Shown: positions 51,501-63,623 of the stretch, one piece after another
How the letters are laid out: each line of letters opens with the position of its first letter
How positions within the stretch are numbered: position 1 is the first letter of the stretch
Source: Perna viridis
Lineage: Eukaryota
Direction of reading: 5' to 3'
DNA length: 64,000 nt
Assembly: GCA_037379345.1 (NCBI GenBank)
Contig: CM074520.1
Span: 9,238,001 to 9,302,000, forward strand
Translations under genes and position numbers: made by a program
Notes under the pieces: model-generated
What the model was told of the DNA's origin: nothing
What the model saw: only the letters and a program-made list of their open reading frames with translations
The model's database searches: none

Positions 51501-54500
51501 GTAAGTTTAGAATGATTGTTTTTCTTAAGGGTAAATTTTAATCAACTGAAGGCTGATTCATAGTTTGTTAGATTTTAATTGATATCTTAAAAAACAACTT
51601 AATTGAAACAAAATTACGCCACTCAGATGTGAAATACATGTTGTATTTCCATTCTTAGACTTTCTCCATCGAAACATCACAGTATCTTCTCTTGTTACTT
51701 TCACGTTATTTTGAAAATCCATCCTACGATCTCAAAAATCAAAATGTACACTATATCTTTATATGAAAATCTGTTTTGATTAATAGGATAAACAATAAGT
51801 ATTCGTAAATAAGCACAATATGATTATAGTTGTAAAGTTGGGAAATTGTGGACAATTTTTTCCCGAATTCTTAGCCTTTTGTGATATTAAGTTTTTTTTT
51901 CCAAAATGTTATTCTTTTAAAATTTTACAGTGTAAAATTTATTATGTGCAAGTTTTTGTTAGAATCAGGCAAAGTCGGAATAAAATCAAAAACATATACT
52001 GTACATGTAAAACAACTCATGGTTCTGACAATATACATGAAACTGCATTCAAGGATGCTTCCTCTGTATAAAATGAGCATTAATTGATCTCTGCATCACT
52101 TGATTTACTCAGAAATTTTCAATAAAATGTTAGAAACAATGATCCATTTGACAGAGTATCTGCCACTGAAATATTCATACTTAGTACATTTGAATGAAAT
52201 TGTTACACAATTTACCGAAGTGATATTGAAAATCCTGTCTTTTTTCCCTTAATTCTGATGGTGCAAATAGTTTGATTACATTTTCAAAATGGTGGGTTTT
52301 TTCATATCATGTTTCACCCACTACCTAATTCTTACAGAGACTGACACCCAGAAATATCTTTTGATAAAGGTGTGCAGATGCACAATCTCATAACAGTACA
52401 GGAAAATCACCCGTCATGAAAAATGTAGTTGGACACAGATATTGTAGTCCTTTCAAATATAAAATATTTATCTTTAAGAATAGAGAACCCCTCTTCATCT
52501 CGAGAAGATATCATCGATGGGATCGTTCAGGGGATGGACAACATGTGTATAAACGGCAACAAACCGAGGTAAATATAAAATGTTTGGCTCGGAAGTTAAA
52601 GTATTTGTTTTGAAAAAATGTACTCCTACTATAAATGGTAAAATTTATGCTTTTCTGTGCCTTTATTTGATAGAACACGATAGTTGCACTCTTTTACATG
52701 GAAGGGTACAAGAAATCAACAAATCATTGAACTATGTCAACATATATGCATTCAATTTGAGGTGAAGTGTGCAGTGAAATGGATTTTAAGCAGTTCAAAA
52801 AAAAAAAAAAGAAATTTAATTTTCATAATATCTCTGAAAATGTTATGAATTTCAAAGTTTTGATGTAATACATATTTAGTAGCGGAAAACTTTTTAAAAT
52901 ATTTTTTAACATGTAGCAAGACCATGATAAATACAAGTACGCACGTACAGACAAAGCAGTAATTGTTTGTCAAGTATATATCAAAATGAAAGCTTAAATT
53001 TACATTTAAAATATCCAACAGTTATCCAGTTATTCATTTAGTGTGACACCTTGTACAGACACGTAGCACAACCCATATCGTCACATAATCACTTTAAATC
53101 CATGACTTAAAACATGATGCGTCAGTTTCATGGCTTACATTCAACTCTTTGAAAATGGATTGGAATCGTGAAACAAGATATTTTACCATTTTCAAAATTA
53201 ATTAATCCAGTGCAAACTAAAGCTATGACCCAACCGACCACATGTCTTAATATCATACATGTATACTTGATATGTCTTGCGTCTTTACAGTTCTGAGTAC
53301 AAAATTTAAAAAAAAAATAAATCTGTGGGGGTCAATTATTATAAAAATATTACATTTTCCCTTTCATGTTGAAAATCCGGCAACAAACTTTAAATCTATT
53401 TAAATCTGCAGATCATTTGTTAAATATAAATGACGTAAAAAATAATTAACTACTTGAAACGATAAAACAATATCACATTTAAATACAATTGAAAATGCAT
53501 TGAACATTTGTAAGCAAAATTAAAACAAAGACTATTCGACGTAATACACATCAAAAGAAAAATTAATTTACATATAAGGTGACAACCTTGCATTCATCTG
53601 AGTCACTTTGCACGAAGTGCTTGCCAAATATTTTATGTGCAGTGCAATTTTTAAGATCGATTGTAAAGGAACACTCATGACAAAACGTACAACAAACGCG
53701 ATGACATCTCATTCTGCATTGTCAGTTTTTCTTTGTTCTCTGACAGCGTCCAGTCAGCTCATTATTTTCTGACCACATCAATTCAGCTCATATGCTATAC
53801 CAAAGCTTGTCGTAACTCCGCGGACTTTTTGTGCTCGACTTCTTACAATTAAGCTTTTTGAGCCGGATGAGTTTGCTACAAGATTGAAGTCATCACTTTT
53901 GAAATCGTATGATCGTCATCTTGAAATCGTGGGTCGTCTCCGTAATGACTACTGATTTATTCATGATGTGATATTTTTAGCTCTTTCAACAAGGGTGTTT
54001 CTAGAAAAGCATACTACGCTTACCCTACCGGTGCACTTGATCCATCCTCAAAGTTTGGTTTGTGTCCGAGTTGCTCAATGGTTTCTGTTTCTTTGTACGT
54101 GTTATTTTGGTTATTTCATGCTCGTTGTTGTTGATGTCTGTTTTCACAGACTGGTCTTTTTCTTATTTCCTTTTCTTTTCCAACGAGTTCTCATAGATTT
54201 TAACGACATAAATTATGTGTGTTGTAATAAACAACTCTTGGTTTACTAAATTCATAAATCAGCATTCGATAATTCAATCAACTACAAGATAATGTCCCTC
54301 TTCCTTGATTTTGAGCCTTTGAACAAATTCTTAGTTTCCATTTTTGGGGCATATATTCGGCTGCCACACACGCTATATAGTTTAAATTTGATTTTGTAGT
54401 TTGAATACTATTTTTTGTTTCTCAGTAACACATTTTATGCTTTTTTTCTATCAGTACATGCACATTGTCCATGTTAGTCTTGAAGTTGTGAAACATAATA

Positions 54501-54995
54501 AATGAGATTGTCGAAAATTTCTGAGTTGCTTTAACTTATGTATAATGCAAATATAACCTGTCTATCATGTTTTAAGTCAATTTTGTGAAAGGTAATTTCA
54601 AAATATAAATAAAATATGAACTAAGCAAATTTGCACCGTAATGTTGCAATATACTGCAAAAAAACATAAGACGGAGCAACAGAAAAAGCAAAACAATTAA
54701 ACAAAACATAACAAAACAAAACAAGAAGCCCGTACATGCTGCACGGTCACCATAGACACTTAAGTTAATTTTATAAAGTCTGACTTTAATGTATTATGTA
54801 TTATATGATACTGTTATTCAGTAAAGAAGAAAAGAAAAAAGACCGCAAACGAAGTGAAAAATTGCAACGACAAATTGAAGACCTGAAGACAGATTTAAAA
54901 GAACACCATGAGAATCTAAGGTGAAATGTTTATATATGTGGTTCAGACAAGTGAACAAATTCTAAAATATCATTTACGATACATGACTGTCCGGA

Positions 54996-55031
<36 letters not shown>

Positions 55032-58000
55032 GTCTGAAAAATTCCCAACAATGTTGGAACTGTCAACAATGCGATGCAAATTTTTTATCGTTCCCTCCGC
55101 GGGAGTCGAACTCGTACCGCTGTGACATCTATGGTAACACCACCTGCACAAAGTTCAGCGCCCTAGACCACTCGGCCGGCTAGGCTATATGAAATATAGC
55201 TTCCGCTGGCCTGGTCATTCCTACTCGTAGGATTAATCTAGGGCAGTAAATTAATACACCATCTAGGTGTTGTTATGTCGGATAGAGGATGAAATTAATG
55301 ATGCATGTCACAACAAATCAATATTATACAAACGTCTCAGAATGTAAGAATAGAGTCGTCACATTCTGAGACGTTTGTATAATACGAGTTCGAGTTCCGC
55401 TGAGGGAACGACCAAAAATTTGCATGGCAAACTTGACAGTTCTAACATCGTTGGGAATTTTTCAGACCTTTCCATACTGAGATATGTATATATGAATTAG
55501 TTAGGGTGGAAATAACATGTAAAATATATAATCAAATTAAGAAAAAAAATGGGAATAACAAAATTATCGAACAAATAAATTTTACGCAATTGTCAAAAGG
55601 AATAGTAAATATATTGAATGACAATATCAAGGCAAAAGATCGATTGGTATAAAAGGTTCTTACACAAGTCTCTATTGAAGATCTTGGATTATTTCCACGA
55701 GTGTGAAAATTCCGTCTTTTGCTCACATCTTCAATAGATGACGAGTCTAAGAACATATATCTTTCGTTAAACAGCTATAGGTATGGAATTCCAATATAGG
55801 TCAAGAGTAATTTGCATACAATATGTGTCGTATTACTAGGTGGCGATTAACCACATGCACTTAATATTAATCACCCCACAAAGACTGTTATATACAAATT
55901 AATTCTTATGTTTTTTTGTGATAATTTGAATATATTAACATACATGTATATTGTCACTAAAAATGTGGACCTGCGTACAAAATGTTTTATTAATTTATTC
56001 ATTGTCCCTCTGGACTTTACCATACTATTTTACTTAACGTGTTGTGATTGCCTATTTTATCCATGACAGACATGATCGCGTGCACCGTCTGTCTTGACCT
56101 GTCGTAGGAAATACAATGAAAATGGAAGAAGGAAACATCTGTATTAACATGACTCGGTACAGACATTAAAATGGTGATTTAAACAAGGTTAACACCTCGC
56201 TTCCATTGCGGTAAACTTTTTTTCAGTATATTGCAATGAAAACAGGCAACAGCAATTGTCATCTGGTATACTTGGTACAATTTGTAGTCGAAAGAGTTAA
56301 ATAACGATGCAAAGTTTATTTTAACGTATTCTTAGATATTGAGTTATTTGTACTTGTCTTATTAGGGCTCTTTCTGAAGAGAAAGAAGAAAGGGATAAGC
56401 ACATTAAAATACTTCAGGAAACCAACAGAGACCAAGGGCAGAATATATCACAACTACAAACAACAAAAAAAAGGTAAAAATATAGTCCTATCTGAATCAA
56501 ATGTACAATAAATGTCAAAGTACTCCTGTTAAACTAATACAATGAAGTAAGATTTTGTCTCATGGGAAAATTAGACGTTTTCAAAAAAAAATAAATTTGA
56601 TTTGAAACCACAAGAGAAATATGACATTCCTCTTGAACCGAAAAAAATATTACATCGTTAGCTATGTTAATTATTGGGTTTTACTAGCATTACACTTTTT
56701 CAAGATGATAAACTTTGTCTTGAACATTTCTTATAATAGTAAAAGACTGGATTATACATTCATGATAATGAAAGACATTAACATAAAATAAGTAACACAG
56801 TACACGAGGTAGACAAGAAAAAAATTGAATCAAACACAGACGGGAACCAAAAGTACAAGACACAATGAACAAATTATATGAGCAACAAGTACAGACAGAA
56901 GAAAGAACAGCACAACATCACTGTATTCCTGGACGTACTCATTTATTAATCGTTTTGATATTACGTAAAGCATAACGTGTGCCACGGTTTGAATTTGTTA
57001 TTGTTATTTTTTTTACAAATGATATATTATATAATACGGGTAAGAATAAACAAACTAAGCAAAAGGAATCAGATTGACTGCAAATATTGCAAAGGATTAG
57101 GTATGGCATGCATTATATTGTTCAAGTTAATTCATGTTCCTGCGGGCTATTTGTCTTATAAACTACAAGAAAAAGCGATACTCTGTTACCTATTTATACC
57201 ACTCTATGTCCACTCTTTACAGCATGGAACAAAAGGAAAATGATATGAAAGAGATGCAACACAGATATGAAGTAGATGTTGAACAGAAACAATTGGAAAT
57301 TGCTTCTCTAAAACAAAATCTATATGAAAGCTCAAAAAGGTATTTCCTAAATATTTAGTGGAGTTCAAGTTGCTCATTTGCCTTTGTATCTTTGTATGTT
57401 TGATTTTAGTTACTTTATGTTCTTTGTTGTGTATGTCTGTTTTCCATGTCTGATATCTTTCCCTGGATTGCATTCTTTTCATTACCGCTATAACATTGGT
57501 TCTCTTGATTACTCTTTGACTTTCTTTTTATTTGTAAGCACACCAAACAGACACTCATGAAATTCATATAGAGCAGAACATGACATTATGCCCCGAGTTG
57601 TTAAACATGAACTATAGTAAAGTGAACAAGGGAATATTTATGTGGTCAAAAAATCCTCAATGTTTTTCAGAGGACTTAATTCCTATTTGAGTTCAAAAAT
57701 TCATTTTATCTGCTTTGCCAGTCAGCTCTTGTGGCAAGCTTAATTGAAATAACTGAATATGGTTTCCTTCATGTTTCCTTTTTTTGTCTTTTTCTTTGTT
57801 TTTGAATTTTCACTCATTTTAGCATGGAACAAAAGGAACAAACTATGAGCGATATGCAACAAAAGTATGAAGCAGATGTTAAACAGAAAAACCTGGCTAT
57901 TACCTCTCTCAAACAGCAGCTCAATGAAAGTTTAAATAGGTACTTTTAATTGAGTTTTCATTTGATTTGAAACCACAAGAGAAATATGACATTCCTCTTA

Positions 58001-61000
58001 AACCGAAAAAAATATTACATCGTTAGCTAAGTTAATTATTGGGTTTTACTAGCATTACATTTTCTTTCAAGTTAATAAGATATGGCCTGAACATTTCTTG
58101 TAAAAGTAAAAGACTGGGTTATTCATTAATGATAATGAAAGACATTAACATAAAATAAGTAATACAGTACAAGAGGTAGATAAGAAAAAGGAATTTGAAT
58201 CAAACACAGACGGGAACTAAAAGTACAAGACACAATGAACAAATTATATGAGCAACAAGTACAAACAGAAGAAAGAACAGCACAACATCACTGTATTCCT
58301 GGACGTACTCATTTATTAATCGTTTTGATATTACGTAAAGCATAACGTGTGCCAAGGTTTGAATTTGTTATTGTTATTTTTTTTTTACAAATGATATATT
58401 ATATAATACGGGTAAGAATAAACAAACTAAGCAAAAGGACTCAGATTGACTGCAAATATTGCAAAGGATTAGGTATGGCATGCATTATATTGTTCAAGTT
58501 AATGCATGTTCCTGCGGGCTATTTGTCTTATAAACTACAAGAAAAAGCGATACTCTGTTACCTATTTATACCACTCTATGTCCACTCTTTACAGCATGGA
58601 ACAAAAGGAAAAAGATATGAAAGAGATGCAACACAGATATGAAGTAGATGTTGAACAGAAACAATTGGAAATTGCTTTTCTAAAACAAAATCTATATGAA
58701 AGCTCAAAAAGGTATTTCCTAAATATTTAGTGGAGTCCAAGTTGCTCATTTGCCTTTGTTATTTTGTATGTTTGATTTTAGTTACTTTATGTTCTTTGTT
58801 GTGTATGTCTGTTTTCCATGTCTGATATCTTTCCCTGGATTGCATTCTTTTCATTACCGCTATAACATTGGTTCTCTTGATTACTCTTTGACTTTCTTTT
58901 TATTTGTAAGCACACCAAACAGACGCTCATGAAATTCATATAGAGCAGACCATGACATTATGCCCTGAGTTGTTAAACATGAACGTGAACTATAGTAAAG
59001 TAAACAAGGGAATATTTATGTGGTCAAAAAATCCTCAATTTTTTTCAGAGGACTTAATTCCTATTTGAGTTCAAAAATTCATTTTATCTGCTTTGTCACT
59101 CAGCTCTTGTGGCAAGCTTAATTGAAATAACTGAATATGGTTTCCTTCATGTTTTCTTTTTTTTTCTTTTCCTTTTTTTTTTGAATTTTCACTCATTTTA
59201 GCATGGAACAAAAGGAACAAACTATGAACGATATGCAACAAAAGTATGAAGCAGATGTTGAACAGAAAAACCTGGCTATTACCTCTCTCAAACAGCAGCT
59301 CAATGAAAGTTTAAATAGGTACTTTTAATTGAGTTTTCATTTGATTTGAAACCACAAGAGAAATATGACATTCCTCTTAAACCGAAAAAAATATTACATC
59401 GTTAGCTAAAATAATTATTGGGTTTTACTAGCATTACATTTTCTTTCAAGTTAATAAGATATGCTCTGAACATTTCTTGTAAAAGTAAAAGACTGGGTTA
59501 TTCATTAATGATAATGAAAGACATTAACATGAAACAAGTAAAATCAGTACATGAGGTAAACAAGAGCAAATCTAGGATCAAACACAGAAGAGAATCAAAC
59601 GTACAACGAACACATCATAAAACGCATGAGCATCAGAAAGTACAAATCACGTAAAAACAGCACGACCAAGCTGTGAACCGGATTAAACGCAGGTGCTCCG
59701 TGAAATAAGGCCACTTGAAATAGTATTATCTGGTTAATTTTTTTCATTTCCTTGTTTCTGGCAATATGATAGTGACTACACAATCATTCGTTAATTCATC
59801 CTTATAGCACATTAAAATATTTTGCGACAGTTTGAATGTTATTTTTGTAAGAATAATATATTTTGAAAGAGGGATATAGGTAAACAAACGTAACAAAAAG
59901 ACTCAGATTCACTGCAATGATTGTGCAGATCAAAATATGGCATATCTTATATTTTTCAAGTGTATGCATGTTTTAAGCTAATTGTGCTTTAGATTACAGA
60001 ATGTTGAGCAAGAGAAAGCAGAGTTTTGCAAAGAATCGGAAAAAGGACATGAAGAAGAACTACGCAAAACAATTAGGGATAATGAAAACAGTATTCATCG
60101 TATGATAACTGAAATCGATGAATATAGATTAAGGTATCAAAGTAAAGAATGATAAATTAAAAAGTATTATATGGTCCCAGCTTATGTTTATGTTGATGCT
60201 TTCTAAAAAATACTGATTTCATGTGTTTTTCTTCTTATTATTATTACCCGTTTGTGTCTTTGTTTGTTTTCATGATTGCCTTTGTTTGTTTGCGTTTTTT
60301 TTAAAGAAATCTAATGATTGTTATTCTCTCATATGAAGGTACGAAAAAACCTTACAGTATATTTACAAGCATGGTTATTGACATGTTTTTTTTTCTTCCT
60401 AAAATACTTATTAAAACCATTTTTTAAAATATTTTAAACTTTTTTTGATGTATTTGCATTGACAGAAAAGGTAACTTTAAAGTATATTATCTTTCTTGGT
60501 TATATTGGTATAACACAAACCAAAATACTTTGTACATATAATTTGTTAATTATTGTCGTATGCGGTACATTTCTTGGTTATATTGGTATAACACAAACCA
60601 AAATACTTTGTACATATAATTTGTTAATTATTGTCGTATGCGGTACATTTCTTGATGGGGGATGGGAAAAGGGATAGTGTATGTGTGTGTCGATTTTGAA
60701 TGAGGAGGATGGGAAAGTAATTTTTTAAGTGTTTATTGAGATGAAAACACATTAAATTTAATTGAAAATAACAGTTTAAATGTTGAAGAATTTGAAAATA
60801 TAAACATATTTTTATAATATATATATTTGATAAAGAAATATTCGATAGGAATTTTATGGGGGATGGGGATTTCTTTATGGGGTATGTGGGTGGGGACAAT
60901 AGGGAATATGGAATGGCATATGGTGTAAATGGGAAGCTTATACCATTCAAGAACTGTGTAAAACTGAATAACCCCACATTGTAAATATCTATAGAGAATG

Positions 61001-63623
61001 TGTTTGTTTTTAACTTTTGTGATGCTTCGCTAGAAGTGCATAGACAAGATAAATGATAATCATCAATTGTCCACCATGATTAATTGGGAACCTCAAACTT
61101 CCGTGAAGTCTTAGGTGATCAAACATGACATGTTTGTATTAATAATAAACAGTAAATGCCACTAACTGAATATTGTTTCTTCATGGATTTTGTTTTTATT
61201 TACTATGTAAAGCATGGAACAAAAAGAAAAAGATATGTTAAACATGCAACAAAGATATGAAGCAGATGTTGAACAGAAAAACTCGGAAATTACTTATCTG
61301 AATCAGCAACTAGCTGAAATCTCAAAAAGGTATCTTTTAAATTACAATATCTTTTGATTTACTAGCACAAGAGAAATATGAAATTCCTCGTGAGCAGAAT
61401 AAATCATTACTTCCCTAGCTAAGTAAAGTTTTGTTTATAACTTGTATTACCCTTTCTCTTTGGATAAGTAATTATATTTTGAACACCACTTGTAATAGTA
61501 AAACAATGGGTAGTACATTTTAACTTTACTAAAGTCATACATAGATTTACATATAATAAATAAGAAGAAGTTACGCTTATTCACAAGTTTTTATCAAATC
61601 ATGTCTATACTCACATTTATATTTTGTTAACTTCGTTGTAAAAGAATGGCCATTTTGTTTATTAATGTTGTGATGAAGCTTAGAAAATCACTCCTAATTT
61701 ACTGAGTCTTCATTTTCGATTACCTTTCTTTTTTCAATTCAGTTTTTTTTTTCAATAGTCGTATTTATACTGTATATACTGTATATAGTAGAATAATATT
61801 TGTCTTTATTTACTGAAAATTTTAATAAATGTTAAAAAGATTGAAATGTCAATCAATAGTACACTACCTACTATGTAACACTTCCGATAAGAGTCATACA
61901 AAATGTGACGTGAAAAAGTAACCAAAGGAACCAAGTTATACTCGTAATCAAACGAATGTAATCCAGGGACAAAGACCACACATGGAAAACAGACATAGAC
62001 AACAAAGAACATTGAGTAACTAAAATCATACATACACAGTAACAAAAGCAAAAGAGCAACTCGATTTTGGTTATAAATCCTACATATTTGTATCTTCTTT
62101 GCATTATTTAATGTTTAATCATCAAGACTTATAAACAACTTAAATACAAAAATAAAAATGTATATCCTTGTACCGGATACGTAACATATTACGAAATTTG
62201 AATGATTCTTACAAAAGCTGCTACTTACAATGTAACTATATATCGATTAGTTCAAAGAATTAATTTTCTACTTAGATGTATAATCTTTCATTTGCAATCA
62301 ACTTGATGCAATTAAAAATATGATAATGCAAAACGTATGGAAAGTATTATTGCATTTATTGTTGCATATTTCATTCAATGTTGACATAAAAAATAGTAAA
62401 TCATTAATATTCATTTCATAATTTCCCGACACAACTAATTCGGTTACTAAGAACATAACAATCTGGGGTTTCCAACCTTTATACTTGCTTCGATGCATTG
62501 AATGACGAACTTATTTGAAATAACTTTTAAGGGAAAAAATTGCTAATACGATGCTGACAACGGTTAATTCCGAATTGTCGTCAAGATGTAACCAAGTTTC
62601 TGAGATGGAGAACCATATAAGATTATTAAAATCAGAGAAAGACAATTTACAAACAAGGTAAGCAAGACTGTACCTGTTATAAAAATCCGTGGTAGATTTA
62701 TAGTTCCTTGTGCCTCTTGATTCATTCATACATACAAAAAAGGCCTACAAAGTCGATTTAAAACCGATCTGTTTAAATATGTTAATACATTATATTTTGA
62801 CACTATCAACAGTATTTGTGTTTGTTTGTTCAGTTTGAAATCATGATATCTGGGCATAGTGAAAGGTTTAGAAACAATATTTAGCGAATTTATCACAAAA
62901 AAAACTTAATTTAAAAAAAAGATAATAACAGAATTTTAAGATATTATAAAAAAAAAGTCTTTTGCAGTAAATGGACGTTAATTGATCGAAATAACACATG
63001 TATGGTATAAACGACCACAAGGTGTAATATGTCCGATGATGTGTTTTCCATTACCTGTTGCACGAATGAACCCTACGTAGACATTGATTAAGCAATCTAA
63101 CTGTCTAGTCAATCCCACTTTTCCCTTTGATACCTTTTGAAATATATCCGGCGTATAAATTCATAAATTTATAAAGTCGAATTTCCTATTTGAAAGCTAG
63201 AATAATTTCATCACTCAAATAAAACAATCGCTTAATTTGTTTACGTAAAGTTTGAATTTTTTTTGTGAATTGTATATTAGAGAGTCGAACATTTTGCTTG
63301 TGTTTTTAGGGCGTTCATTTTCTCTTCAGACTGTCAATTTTGTCTATTTAAATATTTTCATTTTAATTCTTCATTTAAAGCATATTTATTATTTTAGACT
63401 GAGTTGCTTTGCTGGAGATACGTTGACAAAGGGTAATCCAGCTATTACTGACCTATCTGATCCCAATAGACCCATGAAGATTGGTGAGCGATATGGGGAG
63501 CTCTACGATAATGATTGGACCGATGCTATGGAAAAAGTTGAAACAATAAAACAAAACTTTCCCGACAAAGATGGCTCAGAAATCGAAGAAATTTTGATTA
63601 AATACCTTCATAGGATATTAAAA
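50893..63623 (+). CDS. B-box (x2) - long coiled coil - putative Mieap (mitochondria-eating protein)-like C-terminal region; RING-less TRIM-like protein, continues past window end
   Basis: Exons 50893-51500, 54822-54920, 56366-56473, 57223-57339, 57823-57939, 58595-58711, 59202-59318, 59993-60133, 61213-61329 and 63398-63623 all have AG/GT ends and phase-2 junctions, with an open frame throughout. Exon 1 has CDIC..CCDHCKCKCCEQCFPQH and CHSQC..FCATCNYLVCKKCKVDHSTH. The last exon has LS..G..L..GNPAITDLSDPNRPMKIGERYGELYDNDWTDAME, a motif I recognise from mollusc Mieap-domain-annotated proteins (recalled, not searched). Confidence 0.75.
53678..54160 (+). mobile_element. Degenerate Naiad-type PLE 3' fragment
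   Basis: acaacaaacgcgatgac...acaagattgaagtcatcact...gcttaccctaccggtgcac...ccgagttgctca. Confidence 0.65.
54822..54920 (+). CDS. Coiled-coil exon (99 nt, phase 2-2)
   Basis: ttattcag / gtgaaa; KEEKKKDRKRSEKLQRQIEDLKTDLKEHHENL. Confidence 0.75.
55030..55345 (-). mobile_element. tRNA-derived (SINE-like) element with Pol III A/B boxes and microsatellite tail
   Basis: Minus strand has A-box cggccgagtgg (55178-55168) and B-box gagttcgactcc (55113-55102), with a (TC)n(TA)n tail at 55030-54997. A related upstream segment occurs at 25-81. Confidence 0.65.
55348..55469 (+). mobile_element. Internally deleted inverted copy of the same tRNA-derived element
   Basis: Reverse complement of 55322-55345 and of 55030-55113. 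Confidence 0.65.
56366..56473 (+). CDS. Coiled-coil exon (108 nt, phase 2-2)
   Basis: cttattag / gtaaaa; ALSEEKEERDKHIKILQETNRDQGQNISQLQTTKK. Confidence 0.7.
57223..57339 (+). CDS. Repeated coiled-coil exon A1 (117 nt)
   Basis: ctttacag / gtattt; MEQKENDMKEMQHRYEVDVEQKQLEIASLKQNLYESSK. Confidence 0.7.
57354..57516 (+). mobile_element. Naiad-type PLE 3' fragment (duplicate at 58726-58888)
   Basis: tttagtggagtt.aagttgctcatttg...cttgattactct, immediately after the donor of exon A1; same insertion after A2. Confidence 0.75.
57823..57939 (+). CDS. Repeated coiled-coil exon B1 (117 nt)
   Basis: cattttag / gtactt; MEQKEQTMSDMQQKYEADVKQKNLAITSLKQQLNESLN. Confidence 0.7.
58595..58711 (+). CDS. Repeated coiled-coil exon A2 (117 nt)
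   Basis: Near-identical copy of A1 with intact splice sites. Confidence 0.7.
59202..59318 (+). CDS. Repeated coiled-coil exon B2 (117 nt)
   Basis: Near-identical copy of B1 with intact splice sites. Confidence 0.7.
59993..60133 (+). CDS. Coiled-coil exon (141 nt, phase 2-2)
   Basis: gctttag / gtatca; LQNVEQEKAEFCKESEKGHEEELRKTIRDNENSIHRMITEIDEYRL. Confidence 0.7.
60492..60654 (+). repeat. Perfect 78-bp tandem duplication
   Basis: tttcttggttatattggt...atgcggtaca x2, plus a tttcttg partial. Confidence 0.9.
61213..61329 (+). CDS. Repeated coiled-coil exon C (117 nt), weak AAG acceptor
   Basis: MEQKEKDMLNMQQRYEADVEQKNSEITYLNQQLAEISK; gtatct donor; the acceptor tgtaaag is suboptimal. Confidence 0.55.
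61915..62062 (-). mobile_element. Naiad-type PLE 3' fragment
   Basis: ggaaccaag...gtaatccagggacaaagacc...gagcaactcg. Confidence 0.7.
63398..63623 (+). CDS. Exon starting the conserved DLSDPNRP (Mieap-like) region
   Basis: tattttag acceptor, gtaagt donor; inside ORF 63252-63653. Confidence 0.8.

Larger units (their letters stand above)
56596..59560 (+). repeat. ~1.37-kb tandem duplication (2 full copies plus a partial third) carrying two exons per unit
   Basis: tttgatttgaaaccacaagagaaatatgacattcc at ~56596, 57961 and 59340; exon offsets of 1372 and 1379 bp. Confidence 0.9.

Noticed and set aside
55095-55182. Functional tRNA gene
   Set aside because: It has A/B boxes but no closable cloverleaf or acceptor stem, and is embedded in a repeated element.
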